Shown here: piece after piece, positions 8,178 to 17,735 of the stretch
Position numbering within the stretch: the stretch's first letter is position 1
How the letters are laid out: the number at the start of each line of letters is the position of its first letter
Assembly (NCBI GenBank): GCA_963803805.1
Contig: CAWDOD010000004.1
Coordinates: 384,001 to 448,000, forward strand
Reading direction: 5' to 3'
Length of the DNA: 64,000 nt
Origin: an uncultured cyanobacterium
GTDB taxonomy: Bacteria > Cyanobacteriota > Cyanobacteriia > Cyanobacteriales > CAWCAG01
Translations under genes and position numbers: made by a program
Notes under the pieces: generated by a model
What the model was told of the DNA's origin: nothing
Database searches by the model: none
Seen by the model: only the letters and a program-made list of their open reading frames with translations

Positions 8178-10559
8178 TTAACTATTCTTAGTTTTGCTAA
8201 TGCTGGGAGGTTCTGTTTTTCTCAACTTTTTTGCCTTACCAATACCATTACATAATTGCCTTTCTTCTTCTGTAACGTGGGGATTATATTTTAAGTAGTT
8301 GCCGATGCGATCACAACTGTACTCCATTAAAGTATCTAAATCCCGATATGTAGTTGTGTCCCATAATCTAATTATACGCACATCGGCAGAAGCTAAGGTC
8401 TTACCATCTGGGCTAAAACTTAAGCTATTGACCCCCTCATGATGCCCTCTAAGAGTAACAATTTCGGTTCTTTCCTCTACATCCCATAATTTGATTGTGT
8501 CCCCACTCCCAGAAGCTAAGGTCTTACCATCTGGGCTGAAACTTAGGGTATGAACGCCGTAATCATGCCCTCTAAAAGTAACAATTTCAGTTCTTTCTTC
8601 TACATCCCATAGTTTGATAGTTTTGTCCCCACTGCCAGAAGCTAAGGTCTTACCATCTGGGCTGAAACTTAGGGTATCGACCATGTACCCATGTCCTTCG
8701 AGAGTAGCAATTCCAGTTCTATTCTCTACATCCCACAATTTGATAGTTTTATCTCCATTGGTAAAGGCTAAAATCTTACCATCTGAACTGAAACTTAGGC
8801 TATCGACACTGTAACCATATCCTTTGAGAGTAGCAATTTTGGTTCTATTCTCCACATCCCAAAGTTCGGTTGTATCTCCACTGGTAAAAGCGAAGGCCTT
8901 GCCATCTGGACTGAAACTCATGCTCCCAACACTGTAATGATATCCTTCGAGAGTAGCAATTTTGCTTTCTTTCTCCACATCCCATAATTTGACCGTATCC
9001 CCGATGGTAAAAGCGAAAGTCTTGCCATCTGGACTGAAACTCATGCTCCCAACACTGTAATGATATCCTTCGAGAGTAGCAATTTTGCTTTCTTTCTCCA
9101 CATCCCATAATTTAACCGTATTCCCAATCACAGCAGCTAAGGTCTTACCATCTGGGCTGAGAGTTAGGATACGGACCCACCCATCATGCCCCCTGAAAAT
9201 AGCAATTTCGCTTTCTTTCTCCACATCCCACAATGTGATTTTGTCCCAAAAGCCAGAGGCTAAGATTGTACCATCTGGGCTAAAACTTACACTTAGGTTC
9301 TCAATTGAGTTACCACCGTATTCTTCAAAGATAGCAATTTTGCTTTCTTTATCCACATCCCATAACTTGATCGTATCCCCACTGCCAGCAGCTAAGGTCT
9401 TACCATCTGGGCTAAAACTTAGGGTATTGCCCCAATGTCCTTCGAGGGTAGCAATTTGCTTTCCGTTTTCCGCATCCCATAATTTGATACCATGGTCTCC
9501 ACTGCCAGCAGCTAAGGTCTTACCATCAGGACTAAAAGTTATACTATTGCCTCTAAAAGTTCCACTATTGGCCCCCTTATTATATTCTTCGAGAGTAACA
9601 ATTTTATTATATTCTTCGAGAGTAGCAATTTCCTTTTTTTCCTCCACATCCCATAATTTAACAGTTCTGTCATCGCCGGCAGAAGCTAAGGTCTTACCAT
9701 CAGGACTAAAACTTACGCTATTGACAGCGGAATCATGCCCTTCAATAGTAGCAATTTCTTCTCCTCTCCTCACATCCCACAGTCGGATAAGGTTGTCCCC
9801 ACTGGCAGAGGCTAACATCTTACCATCTGGGCTAAAACTCACGCTATAGACATTGTTACTATGTCCTTTGAGGGCAGCGATTTCGGTTCTTTCCCCCACA
9901 TCCCATAATTGGATTGTGCTTCCACTGGCAGAGGCTAATATCTTACCATCTGGGCTAAAACTCACGCTATAGACGTTGTTACTATGTCCTTTGAGGGTAG
10001 CGATTGCGGTTCTTTCCTCCACATCCCATAATTGGATTGTGCTTCCACTGGCAGAGGCTAATATCTTACCATCTGGGCTAAAACTCACGCTATAGACCCA
10101 CCCATCTTGTCCTTCGAGAGTAGCAATTTGCTTTCCGTTTTCCGCATCCCATAATTTGATACTATTATCCCCACTGCCAGAGGCTAAGATTGTACCATCT
10201 GGGCTAAAACTTATACTATTGACCCTGTAATCATGTCCTTCCAGGCTGTTGATTTCACTATTTTTTTGAATATTGGCTATCAAGGCACTCGTCACATCCG
10301 GATCATCGCTGTTGTATTTTTGCAGAATTTTCCCAGCCCGCATTGCTGCAACAAAAGCATCCAAATCCGCTCTTTCGTTCAACTGTGCTAAGGAATAGTG
10401 ACCAAGAGTATCTGCTTTACTTAACTCTGCCTGCCTCTGCTGGTACTTAGCTACAAAAAATAATACAATACTAAACAACGCAGCTAGCGCAGAAACAAGC
10501 GTAATGAGCCGTAAAGTTGTAATATTTCCTTGTCTTCGAGCTTCTGTTTGTTCCCTCAT
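8178..10559 (-). CDS. TM plus ~15 WD40 repeat protein; likely decapitated C-terminal half of a STAND-WD40 protein
   Basis: Repeats GH..V.S.SFSPDGK.LAS.S.D.TIKLWD; C-terminal LDTLMEYSCDRIGNYLKYNP; degenerate coding remnant upstream up to IS1. Confidence 0.85.
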   Translation of the reverse strand: MREQTEARRQGNITTLRLITLVSALAALFSIVLFFVAKYQQRQAELSKADTLGHYSLAQLNERADLDAFVAAMRAGKILQKYNSDDPDVTSALIANIQKNSEINSLEGHDYRVNSISFSPDGTILASGSGDNSIKLWDAENGKQIATLEGQDGWVYSVSFSPDGKILASASGSTIQLWDVEERTAIATLKGHSNNVYSVSFSPDGKILASASGSTIQLWDVGERTEIAALKGHSNNVYSVSFSPDGKMLASASGDNLIRLWDVRRGEEIATIEGHDSAVNSVSFSPDGKTLASAGDDRTVKLWDVEEKKEIATLEEYNKIVTLEEYNKGANSGTFRGNSITFSPDGKTLAAGSGDHGIKLWDAENGKQIATLEGHWGNTLSFSPDGKTLAAGSGDTIKLWDVDKESKIAIFEEYGGNSIENLSVSFSPDGTILASGFWDKITLWDVEKESEIAIFRGHDGWVRILTLSPDGKTLAAVIGNTVKLWDVEKESKIATLEGYHYSVGSMSFSPDGKTFAFTIGDTVKLWDVEKESKIATLEGYHYSVGSMSFSPDGKAFAFTSGDTTELWDVENRTKIATLKGYGYSVDSLSFSSDGKILAFTNGDKTIKLWDVENRTGIATLEGHGYMVDTLSFSPDGKTLASGSGDKTIKLWDVEERTEIVTFRGHDYGVHTLSFSPDGKTLASGSGDTIKLWDVEERTEIVTLRGHHEGVNSLSFSPDGKTLASADVRIIRLWDTTTYRDLDTLMEYSCDRIGNYLKYNPHVTEEERQLCNGIGKAKKLRKTEPPSISKTKNS

Positions 10560-10662
10560 AAGCTTCTGTCGTTAGATGCTCCCCTCAACAATAAATTCTA
10601 ACTTAGAAATCGAACTCTTTCGGGGCTTCCTTTAATGGTAGTCCTAAACAGGTAATGATGAA

Positions 10663-11082
10663 TTATAGTGATGGATATAATGATGAATTATAGTGATGGA
10701 TAAAATTCCAGATAGCTCCAAGATGATTTTCCAGTTTCTTGGAAAAGGAAAGAGCTTTTCTGACTAATCGCGAAATTCGCTGCCTTAGTGTACAGTTGAA
10801 TCGCTCAATATGACCGGTCTTGCCCGTTTCTTTGCCTACAGCTTGATGTCGTTTGCTCGGAATCACATTTTCATAAGCTTCCCAAAAATCTGTATAGACC
10901 ACTGCACATTGGCGGTAGACTCCAGGTAAAGAAGACCATAGTTTTCTAGCAGCATCACGATTCCTTTGACCAATGTAAACTCCGACAATTTCTCTGGTTC
11001 GCTCATCTATGGCTAACCAAACCCATTGTTTATTACCTTTGTGATCTACAAATGACCATAGCTCGTCAGCTTCCACTGTCAA
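10663..11082 (-). CDS. insB: IS1 transposase catalytic part InsB (reached by -1 frameshift)
   Basis: EADELWSFV, YTDFWEAY and HIERFNCTLRQR DDE motifs. Confidence 0.9.
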   Translation of the reverse strand: MTVEADELWSFVDHKGNKQWVWLAIDERTREIVGVYIGQRNRDAARKLWSSLPGVYRQCAVVYTDFWEAYENVIPSKRHQAVGKETGKTGHIERFNCTLRQRISRLVRKALSFSKKLENHLGAIWNFIHHYNSSLYPSL

Positions 11083-11387
11083 CTTACCTTTTTTTTAGCA
11101 GATACATTTACCTGTCTAGGAATAGCAGCGTACTTGGCGTTGACATAGTCCTGTAGCCATTTTTCCGACACTTGGACTACCCTGGCAATCCCCGCTAGGG
11201 AAATCCTCTCTAACAACAGACGCTCTATCAGGACTTTGGTCTGAGCTGTAATTATTTTATTGGTCGGATTTTCTACAAACTGTCGTCCGCACTCACAGCA
11301 CTTAAAACGTTGTTTGCCGTTGTGGATATGACCATTTTTGACCACTTGCTGGGAGTTACATTGAGGACAATTGACCATGGAGAGCAT
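11079..11387 (-). CDS. insA: IS1 InsA zinc-ribbon/HTH part
   Basis: CPQC...KNG...GKQRFKCCECGRQF plus HTH. Slippery A8G at 11088-11096 gives KKKGKLTVEADE in the -1 frame. Confidence 0.9.
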   Translation of the reverse strand: MLSMVNCPQCNSQQVVKNGHIHNGKQRFKCCECGRQFVENPTNKIITAQTKVLIERLLLERISLAGIARVVQVSEKWLQDYVNAKYAAIPRQVNVSAKKKVS

Positions 11388-11432
11388 TCTTTGTTCACAA
11401 GATTTTCTCTCCTCATATTATTATCATTACCT

Positions 11433-12467
11433 CTACATCACTACCCCATTTTCATCTAAACGCAGTAAGTTAGGTGAGAGCATAGTGTGACCAACTCGGT
11501 AAGCTGCGGTGGAAAACTCATTACTAATGCTGGGGTTAACATCATCTTGATATCCCCTGTAATTTCCTAAACCTTCCCCAAGGATGAGGGGCAGGAATTC
11601 GTTATAGGTAATGAGCTGCATTTGCGCCCCCACAATAGCCCTGGCTTGTTGATAAATCTCTTCATCGGTCAAACTAGGGTTTTGGGCCACAATCTCTTGG
11701 GCTAAGCGGTTGTGTTCCCGAACAAATAAGGTGTGCATGGCGATTAAACCAACTTGTTCGTTAGCCCGTATATCTCCAGCTAAGAAGAAGTTACTATCAC
11801 TTAAAGGAAGTAAATTACCTGTACTAGTTTTTAATTTACCTCCGATGCCACTACGCAAGGAAGCGGCGGTAGTAGCGTCGGAGCCGTAGACGTTGGAAGC
11901 ATCAATAAAAGCGGTAATGCCATTAGTTTGTTGGCGAGGATTATCCTTACCTGTTCCCGTTGAAAGATCGTAGATGGAACGGTTAAGCTCGATTTCTTGA
12001 GTTCCTGTATGATAGGGGTCGAACCAAGGATCTCCTGAAGGTACAGAAATATTAAAAGGTTCTGGGTTATGGCTCCCTTCTGTGAGGTCAATATCGTGAT
12101 CTACAAATTGTCCCCACTGCCAAAGGAAATCACTTGCTCCTAAACTATTAAAAATTGAGCCAGATTGCTCAGAAACTCCATTACTAATAGCGCGAGGGCT
12201 AGGAAGTTGCAATGCTGAGTTGATACCTCCTCCCCTTGGTTCAGAAATACCATCTTGATAACTAGAATGTGTTAAACGTAACAGTTGAGTGTGGCTACTA
12301 CCCCAATTTTGGTTACTAAGGTTATTATTTGTACCATCTATAGTGCGGAAATCAGCAGCCTTTGCTTCTGGTAAAGCTACTAAAGTAAGGGATGCACTTA
12401 TAATTAACCCCCCTAATACTTGTCGGGATGGTTGAGTGAGAAGTTGACTGCTTAAAAAAAATTTCAT
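11433..12467 (-). pseudogene. Animal-type heme peroxidase (peroxidase-cyclooxygenase superfamily), secreted, 3'-truncated at IS1
   Basis: RTIDGTNNN, WGQFVDHD, FIDASNVYGS, GDIRANEQ, LFVREHN and AYRVGHTM motifs; stops 1 bp from the IS1 end. Likely start ATG 12467. Confidence 0.85.
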
Positions 12468-12720
12468 GGTTCTGCCGAGGTAATCTGTATTTATAACGCC
12501 TGTACTACACGATTGCACCCTAGGTTTTCTGAAGTTAGTAGATATTGTTATTTATCACTCTTGTGAGTATAAGATTATCTTCTCTCACATACAGGGGAAT
12601 GTCAAGGGACAAATGTACTACAAAGTGAATAGCTTTGAATTACCAAGACAAAATACTTACTCTCACAGTCCATGGGTTAAAATTAGACCAATATATTTCT
12701 TTTGAGTGTGAGCGTGCGCT

Positions 12721-14022
12721 GTGATTACCCAAGACTTTCTCAAAGCTGTAGCTGACGAACATAAGGTTTCCAAGGGTGAATTGGAGGTTCTCTCTTTAGC
12801 AATGAAAGGTCAATCCACGGCTGCTATTGCTGAGAGTATAGGTATTAGCGGCGATGCGGTACGCAAGAGATTGAGTGAGGTTTATCAGAAATTTCAAATT
12901 GCGGGTAGGGGCCCTGTAAAGTTAACTAAATTACAACAACTTTTAGTTACCCGCTATCAAGCTCACATGGCAAGTCATGGAGGGTTTGCTAATAGTAACG
13001 TTTATTCGGTTAACAATTCTGCAACTCAACATTACGCAGATTGGGGAGAAGCACCAGATGTTTCTGTATTTTATGGTCGCACAGAAGAACTAAAAACCCT
13101 AGAACAATGGATTGTTAAAGATGGTTGCCGTCTAGTTGCCTTATTAGGCATGAAAGGTATTGGTAAAACAGCTTTATCCGTCAAGATAGCTAAGAAAATA
13201 GAAGGTAAATTCACTTGTGTTGTGTGGCGTTCGCTACGTCAAGCACCATCTATAGAAGATTTCTTAGGAGAATTGATTGAAGCTTTGACCCCCCAACAGG
13301 ACAAAATTATACCAGAAACGAAAGAAGAACGTTTAGCTTGGTTAATTGAGCATTTCCGCAATTTCCGATGTTTAGTGATCCTAGATAATATAGGCTCAAT
13401 TCTCCGTAGTGGCGATTTAGCGGGAACCTATGAAGAGGGATATGAAGATTATGGGTTGCTCTTCAAAAAAGTAGGGGGGGAACCTCACCAAAGTTGCTTA
13501 TTAATTACTTGTCAAGAAAAACTCAACGAAATCTCTTTATTAGAAGGAGAAACTTCTCCTGTTCGTTCCCTGAAATTGGAAGGTTTAGGGGAAGTAGCAA
13601 GACAAATCCTCAAAGAGAAAGGATTATCAGGGGAGAAGAATTGGGTACATCTTATTAAAGGCTATCGCGGCAATCCTTTAATGTTGAAACTGGTAGCAAT
13701 GACGATTAAAGAAGTATTCGACGGTGATGTGACGGATTTTCTTTCTACTACCCTATTTACACACGATGTCAGCGATTTTATTGAAGAAATGCTCGACAGA
13801 TTATCTGAGTTAGAAAATCAGCTTATTTGTCAAATGGCGAGTCAGAAAAAACCAATTTCCGTAGCTGAGTTACAAAAAAGTTTAGCAGATGTCTCCCCCC
13901 AAAATCTCCTCCAAGCCTTAGCTTCCCTCCGACAGCGATCGCTAATTGAAAAGGTAAAAGATGGTTTCACTTTACCCCCAGCAGTTATGGAAGTGACAGC
14001 ACAAATCATGACAGAGAGTTAA
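12721..14022 (+). CDS. LuxR-like HTH + NB-ARC (STAND) ATPase + winged helix, no C-terminal sensor repeats
   Basis: STAAIAESIGISGDAVRKRLSEVYQKF HTH; DWGEAPDVSVFYGR; Walker A GMKGIGKT; Walker B CLVILDN; GNPL motif. Confidence 0.88.
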   Translation: MITQDFLKAVADEHKVSKGELEVLSLAMKGQSTAAIAESIGISGDAVRKRLSEVYQKFQIAGRGPVKLTKLQQLLVTRYQAHMASHGGFANSNVYSVNNSATQHYADWGEAPDVSVFYGRTEELKTLEQWIVKDGCRLVALLGMKGIGKTALSVKIAKKIEGKFTCVVWRSLRQAPSIEDFLGELIEALTPQQDKIIPETKEERLAWLIEHFRNFRCLVILDNIGSILRSGDLAGTYEEGYEDYGLLFKKVGGEPHQSCLLITCQEKLNEISLLEGETSPVRSLKLEGLGEVARQILKEKGLSGEKNWVHLIKGYRGNPLMLKLVAMTIKEVFDGDVTDFLSTTLFTHDVSDFIEEMLDRLSELENQLICQMASQKKPISVAELQKSLADVSPQNLLQALASLRQRSLIEKVKDGFTLPPAVMEVTAQIMTES

Positions 14023-14061
14023 CACCACAGATAAAGAGACAAGATCATTTAAACCCAATTT

Positions 14062-14079
14062 CTAACGGCAAGCCGTACA
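14062..14079 (+). repeat. Partial copy of small dispersed repeat (CTAACGGCAAGCCGTACA)
   Basis: Matches copies at 49720, 55443 and 60418. Confidence 0.6.
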
Positions 14080-14097
14080 TTGATAACTGATAACTGA

Positions 14098-14760
14098 TTA
14101 AAGTAATCCTCGGTAGCGAATAAATAGTAAAATAACGGCCCACGAACCTAATGCCACTTTAATTGCTACGAGAATATTGAGTATAGGAATCATGCCACCG
14201 CTAAAAAGTGTACCTAATTCTCCTTGGGGTAATTCCCAGCCAATTAGGGTTAGAATCGCTAATAAGATAAAAATTAAAACTGAAACCTTCTCCCAAGTGG
14301 CAGCTTGCCATTTTTTATAGATTTTTTCCATCTCTTGAGATGACGAGGTGATAGCAATTAAGCCAATGGCTGTTCCCCCAGCTACCCCAGCCGCAAAACC
14401 GCCACCGGGACTAAGATGCCCACGGATTGCTAGTTCGATACTTACTAAGGTAGCAATGGTTGCCCCCAAACGCGCCAAGATCATGGAGGGGCGATCGCTA
14501 AATTGATAAACTGTTTCGGTTGGTGTTTCATTGGCTAAGAGAAAACCTACCCCCAAAATTGAAATAGAAAATACGATAACCTCAAAAATTGTGTCATAGA
14601 GGCGATTTCTAAAAATGATGCCAGAAACCGCATTAGATACGCCACTATCTTTGACTATAGACTCAACAATCGAAAATTCTTCCCATTCTGGTGTCACATT
14701 GGGCATAACCAACACTTTGATGAATAGTAATATTCCTGCTGCAATATAAACCCCCTTCAT
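14098..14760 (-). CDS. mnhB: Mrp/Mnh Na+/H+ antiporter subunit B
   Basis: RLYDTIFE and GHLSPGGGFAAG motifs. Confidence 0.9.
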   Translation of the reverse strand: MKGVYIAAGILLFIKVLVMPNVTPEWEEFSIVESIVKDSGVSNAVSGIIFRNRLYDTIFEVIVFSISILGVGFLLANETPTETVYQFSDRPSMILARLGATIATLVSIELAIRGHLSPGGGFAAGVAGGTAIGLIAITSSSQEMEKIYKKWQAATWEKVSVLIFILLAILTLIGWELPQGELGTLFSGGMIPILNILVAIKVALGSWAVILLFIRYRGLL

Positions 14761-15320
14761 TAATGCTTGTCCTCCAGGTTAGCTACAGGTGTGTATTTCA
14801 AACTCATTTGTGGGATATGTAACTCAGTTTGGATAATCTCAAAAAGGCGGTGAACTCTAATTGTCGTTTGATAAATTTGCTGGCTATCTGAGTTCAATTG
14901 CTTTTGCTTAGTACAAGTAGCGTGAACTTCTTTAGTTATCAATGCCTGTTCTAAAGCTTGGGAATTAGGATACGGCACTAACTCAAGGCGTAAATAATGC
15001 TCATCAATAACTTTCTTGAGAGTAGTGATTAGTTCGACAAAACTAACCTCTGTTTCTGCCTCTACTTCTTCAAGTACCCCTAAACGCATCACCAAAGAGG
15101 AACGCACTGCAACGACATACAGGGTAATTGCTAACATTGTACCAACCAAAGCTTCAGTTAAAGCCACATCCGCAGCCCCTAAAACTGCATATACTAAAGC
15201 AGCTACGGCCCCTAATATAGCTCGGATCACCAAAGCTTGGTAGGGATTAACTTGAAATACCAACATCAATGCGGCTAAAGGTAGTAGGGCAATGATGACA
15301 TAAATAGAAATATCACTCAT
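14760..15320 (-). CDS. Mrp antiporter DUF4040-domain subunit
   Basis: LGAADVALTEALVG; operon context. Confidence 0.85.
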   Translation of the reverse strand: MSDISIYVIIALLPLAALMLVFQVNPYQALVIRAILGAVAALVYAVLGAADVALTEALVGTMLAITLYVVAVRSSLVMRLGVLEEVEAETEVSFVELITTLKKVIDEHYLRLELVPYPNSQALEQALITKEVHATCTKQKQLNSDSQQIYQTTIRVHRLFEIIQTELHIPQMSLKYTPVANLEDKH

Positions 15321-15591
15321 TGTTTACTCCACTACTAGAACAGTATGCCAAGACATACCCCAACACAGTATTCCAAATTGCTAAAGAAATAATTGCTAGG
15401 AGTAATAGTGGCCATTCACTAGGTATCTTCAGAAGTAAACCAATAACAATACTCATTGAACCAAGGGTATCGGCTACCGAAAGACTGTGGAGTTTAAATA
15501 AAACTGATCTTTTACCAATCAAGGGCAGGGTTCCCCAAAACCAAAAGATCAGGCCGATAATTATGCAACTATAACTTAAAATATCAATCAT
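15313..15591 (-). CDS. mnhG: Mrp/Mnh subunit G
   Basis: KLHSLSVADTLG. Confidence 0.88.
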   Translation of the reverse strand: MIDILSYSCIIIGLIFWFWGTLPLIGKRSVLFKLHSLSVADTLGSMSIVIGLLLKIPSEWPLLLLAIISLAIWNTVLGYVLAYCSSSGVNNE

Positions 15592-15845
15592 ACTTCGTTT
15601 AAACGTTTGATTAAATGTGCTAACAGCATTAACCCTGCATTACCCACACTAAGGATGATGACAGCAACTACCCCAATTGACCAATCATCACGCAAAACAG
15701 AGACAACCAACATCATGATTGAGGTTTTAGTGGCAATGCTGGCAAAGGCAAGCATTTTTTGCCAAATATCATTATCCTGCCAGGCTTCATAAATGGGTAT
15801 AAGTAAAGCCAAAATCATCGCAATTAAAATAGAATCCATATTCAA
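15588..15845 (-). CDS. mnhF: Mrp/Mnh subunit F-like
   Basis: Small 3-TM protein between E and G. Confidence 0.7.
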   Translation of the reverse strand: MNMDSILIAMILALLIPIYEAWQDNDIWQKMLAFASIATKTSIMMLVVSVLRDDWSIGVVAVIILSVGNAGLMLLAHLIKRLNEV

Positions 15846-15857
15846 AACCTATTAAGC

Positions 15858-15882
15858 TATTACTTATTACTTATTACTTATT
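15858..15882. repeat. Heptamer tandem repeat (TATTACT) x3.5 supplying the mnhE stop
   Basis: Directly visible. Confidence 0.85.
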
Positions 15883-16275
15883 GCTTTTCTTTCTCCTCCT
15901 AACCCTATGTACCTCATACCAGCCCTGTTCGTGATATTTCAAAACAATAGTTTTCGGGGTGAAGGTAATTAAAAATATATCGAGAAATACAAGCCCTGGT
16001 GTTCGTCTGGGTTTAACTTTTTCGCAAACAAAATCTTCATCATTATGGGGACGAAGCATAATCTCTACCGCTTCTATATAAGCTTGGGGAATGGCGACAA
16101 CAATCTCCCAAAATACCTGCAACCAATCTTTTAAGACTCCTGGGGATTTGTGGCTATGGGGCAACAACAAAGCAATACTGACACCAATAATAATGTTTGG
16201 CAAATTAAAATTACCAGTAAGCAAAAACCAGATTGTCAGTCGCAGTATTATATTGAGATAGGTAATTGCGTCCAT
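15874..16275 (-). CDS. mnhE: Mrp/Mnh subunit E
   Basis: IWFLLTG and LITFTPKT motifs. Confidence 0.88.
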   Translation of the reverse strand: MDAITYLNIILRLTIWFLLTGNFNLPNIIIGVSIALLLPHSHKSPGVLKDWLQVFWEIVVAIPQAYIEAVEIMLRPHNDEDFVCEKVKPRRTPGLVFLDIFLITFTPKTIVLKYHEQGWYEVHRVRRRKKSNK

Positions 16276-17735
16276 ATTATCCAGAAGAGTAAGATTAATA
16301 TTAGGCTCATAACTCCAATCAGATGATCAAAGTTTTCGCTGCCACGGGGTAGCTTAATTGCTAATTTCTTGAAAATAAAAAGATATGCTAGCCAGCCAAT
16401 AGCAATAGTTACCAGTGGTTTGACAATATTTTTGAGGGTGTAAGCTTCGTAATAAACGCCATTGGCAGCAATCAATGCGCCGAGTAAGACAGCCATCGCT
16501 AACCAAAAACCCAGCTTTACCTCTTTCTTTTTGCCCTCTTCGTTAATTGTTTCATCATGGGAAATCTCCATTGCACCGTGGGGTAAAAAGATGAATTTAG
16601 CAAAGGAAATAGTTGTTCCTAATGCGGCAATATTCATAGCAATAACTTGCCAGGGTAAGAGATTTTGGGTTGTTAATATCTTTGCCCCAAAACCAGATAG
16701 TAAAGGAAAGCCAGAGATCGAAAAGCTAGCTATAACTAAAGCAAGCCAAATCTTGGTATCAATAGGCTGATGTTGTAATTCTTTGAAGTTACGGCTGGGT
16801 AATCTACCAGCAATCAAAAATAAGGCAGATTTAACTAAGCCGTGAGTCAGTGCGTAAAAACCAGCCACCACAGGGGCAGCAAGAATAAAACCTAATTGGG
16901 AAATGGTATGAAATGCCAACATCCGCTTGGTATCTTTTTCAAATACGGCATAGCCTACTCCTAATAGTGCTGTACTAACACCGAAAAGCCTGACGATGGG
17001 ATCGATTTCTTCTAATATCAGCGCCAAACGCACTAAGGGAAATACCCCGGCTTTAACCACTACTCCCGATAGCATTGCCGATACGGGGGTTTCTGATTCA
17101 GAGTGGGTTAAGGGCAACCATAACCCTGAGACAAAAATACCACCTTTAACTAACAACCCTAAGAAAATGAGGGCGATCGCTTCTGGGGAAGAATTTTCTA
17201 AACCTGCAAAATTAAAGGAATGATTGCTTTGATATACTAACGCTGCCCCCACCAGATAAAACAACATTGAGGTATTGCTAACAAAGAGGTAACGCAATGC
17301 TACCCAAATTGCCCTATCACTACGAGGATAAGCAATCAAGAGAAATGCAGCAATGCTGATGACTTCTAAGGCTACATACAAACTAATAAAATCTGCACAA
17401 ATAAAGGTAGCATTAACGCTGCCATGCAAAATTACTACCTGCATATAGAAAAAAGCCGTTTTACCACTTTGCCAACAGTAAAGAATGACGGCTGTTGTCA
17501 CTAAGGCATTGGTTAAAATAAAAAAGCCACTCAGTTGATCGATGGCTAAAGTAACACCAAAATTATCTAATAATTGTATATCTAAAGGTGAGGGGCTTAA
17601 AAATATTTGCAAAGCATAGAAAGCAGAAAACAAAGCTATTCCTAATGCCAAAAAGCGATCTAGTTTAGGTAGCAGATAGATAACAAATCCCACGAAAAAT
17701 GGTAAAGCAATCCAGGCGACTGTAATATTGGTCAT
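16248..17735 (-). CDS. mnhD: Mrp/Mnh subunit D (NuoM/N-like)
   Basis: DFISLYVALE, WLPLTHSE, SAMLSGVVVKAG, KRMLAFHTISQLG, HGLVKSALF. Confidence 0.92.
   Translation of the reverse strand: MTNITVAWIALPFFVGFVIYLLPKLDRFLALGIALFSAFYALQIFLSPSPLDIQLLDNFGVTLAIDQLSGFFILTNALVTTAVILYCWQSGKTAFFYMQVVILHGSVNATFICADFISLYVALEVISIAAFLLIAYPRSDRAIWVALRYLFVSNTSMLFYLVGAALVYQSNHSFNFAGLENSSPEAIALIFLGLLVKGGIFVSGLWLPLTHSESETPVSAMLSGVVVKAGVFPLVRLALILEEIDPIVRLFGVSTALLGVGYAVFEKDTKRMLAFHTISQLGFILAAPVVAGFYALTHGLVKSALFLIAGRLPSRNFKELQHQPIDTKIWLALVIASFSISGFPLLSGFGAKILTTQNLLPWQVIAMNIAALGTTISFAKFIFLPHGAMEISHDETINEEGKKKEVKLGFWLAMAVLLGALIAANGVYYEAYTLKNIVKPLVTIAIGWLAYLFIFKKLAIKLPRGSENFDHLIGVMSLILILLFWIIWTQLPISI

Larger units (their letters stand above)
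10651..11431 (-). mobile_element. IS1-family insertion sequence
   Basis: Ends GGTAATGATG (10651) and ATCATTACC (11431); contains insA and insB; no flanking direct repeat. Confidence 0.92.

Noticed and set aside
8614..9849. Long antisense and alternate-frame ORFs in the WD40 gene
   Set aside because: Shadows produced by repeat periodicity.
8380..10250. WD40 repeats as DGR template/variable repeats
   Set aside because: No reverse transcriptase in the window; differences are not evidently adenine-specific.
5435..13930. ~8.5-kb gap in HIP1 sites as proof of foreign origin
   Set aside because: With about 30 sites in 64 kb, one such gap is plausible by chance; gaps of 4-5 kb also occur in core regions.
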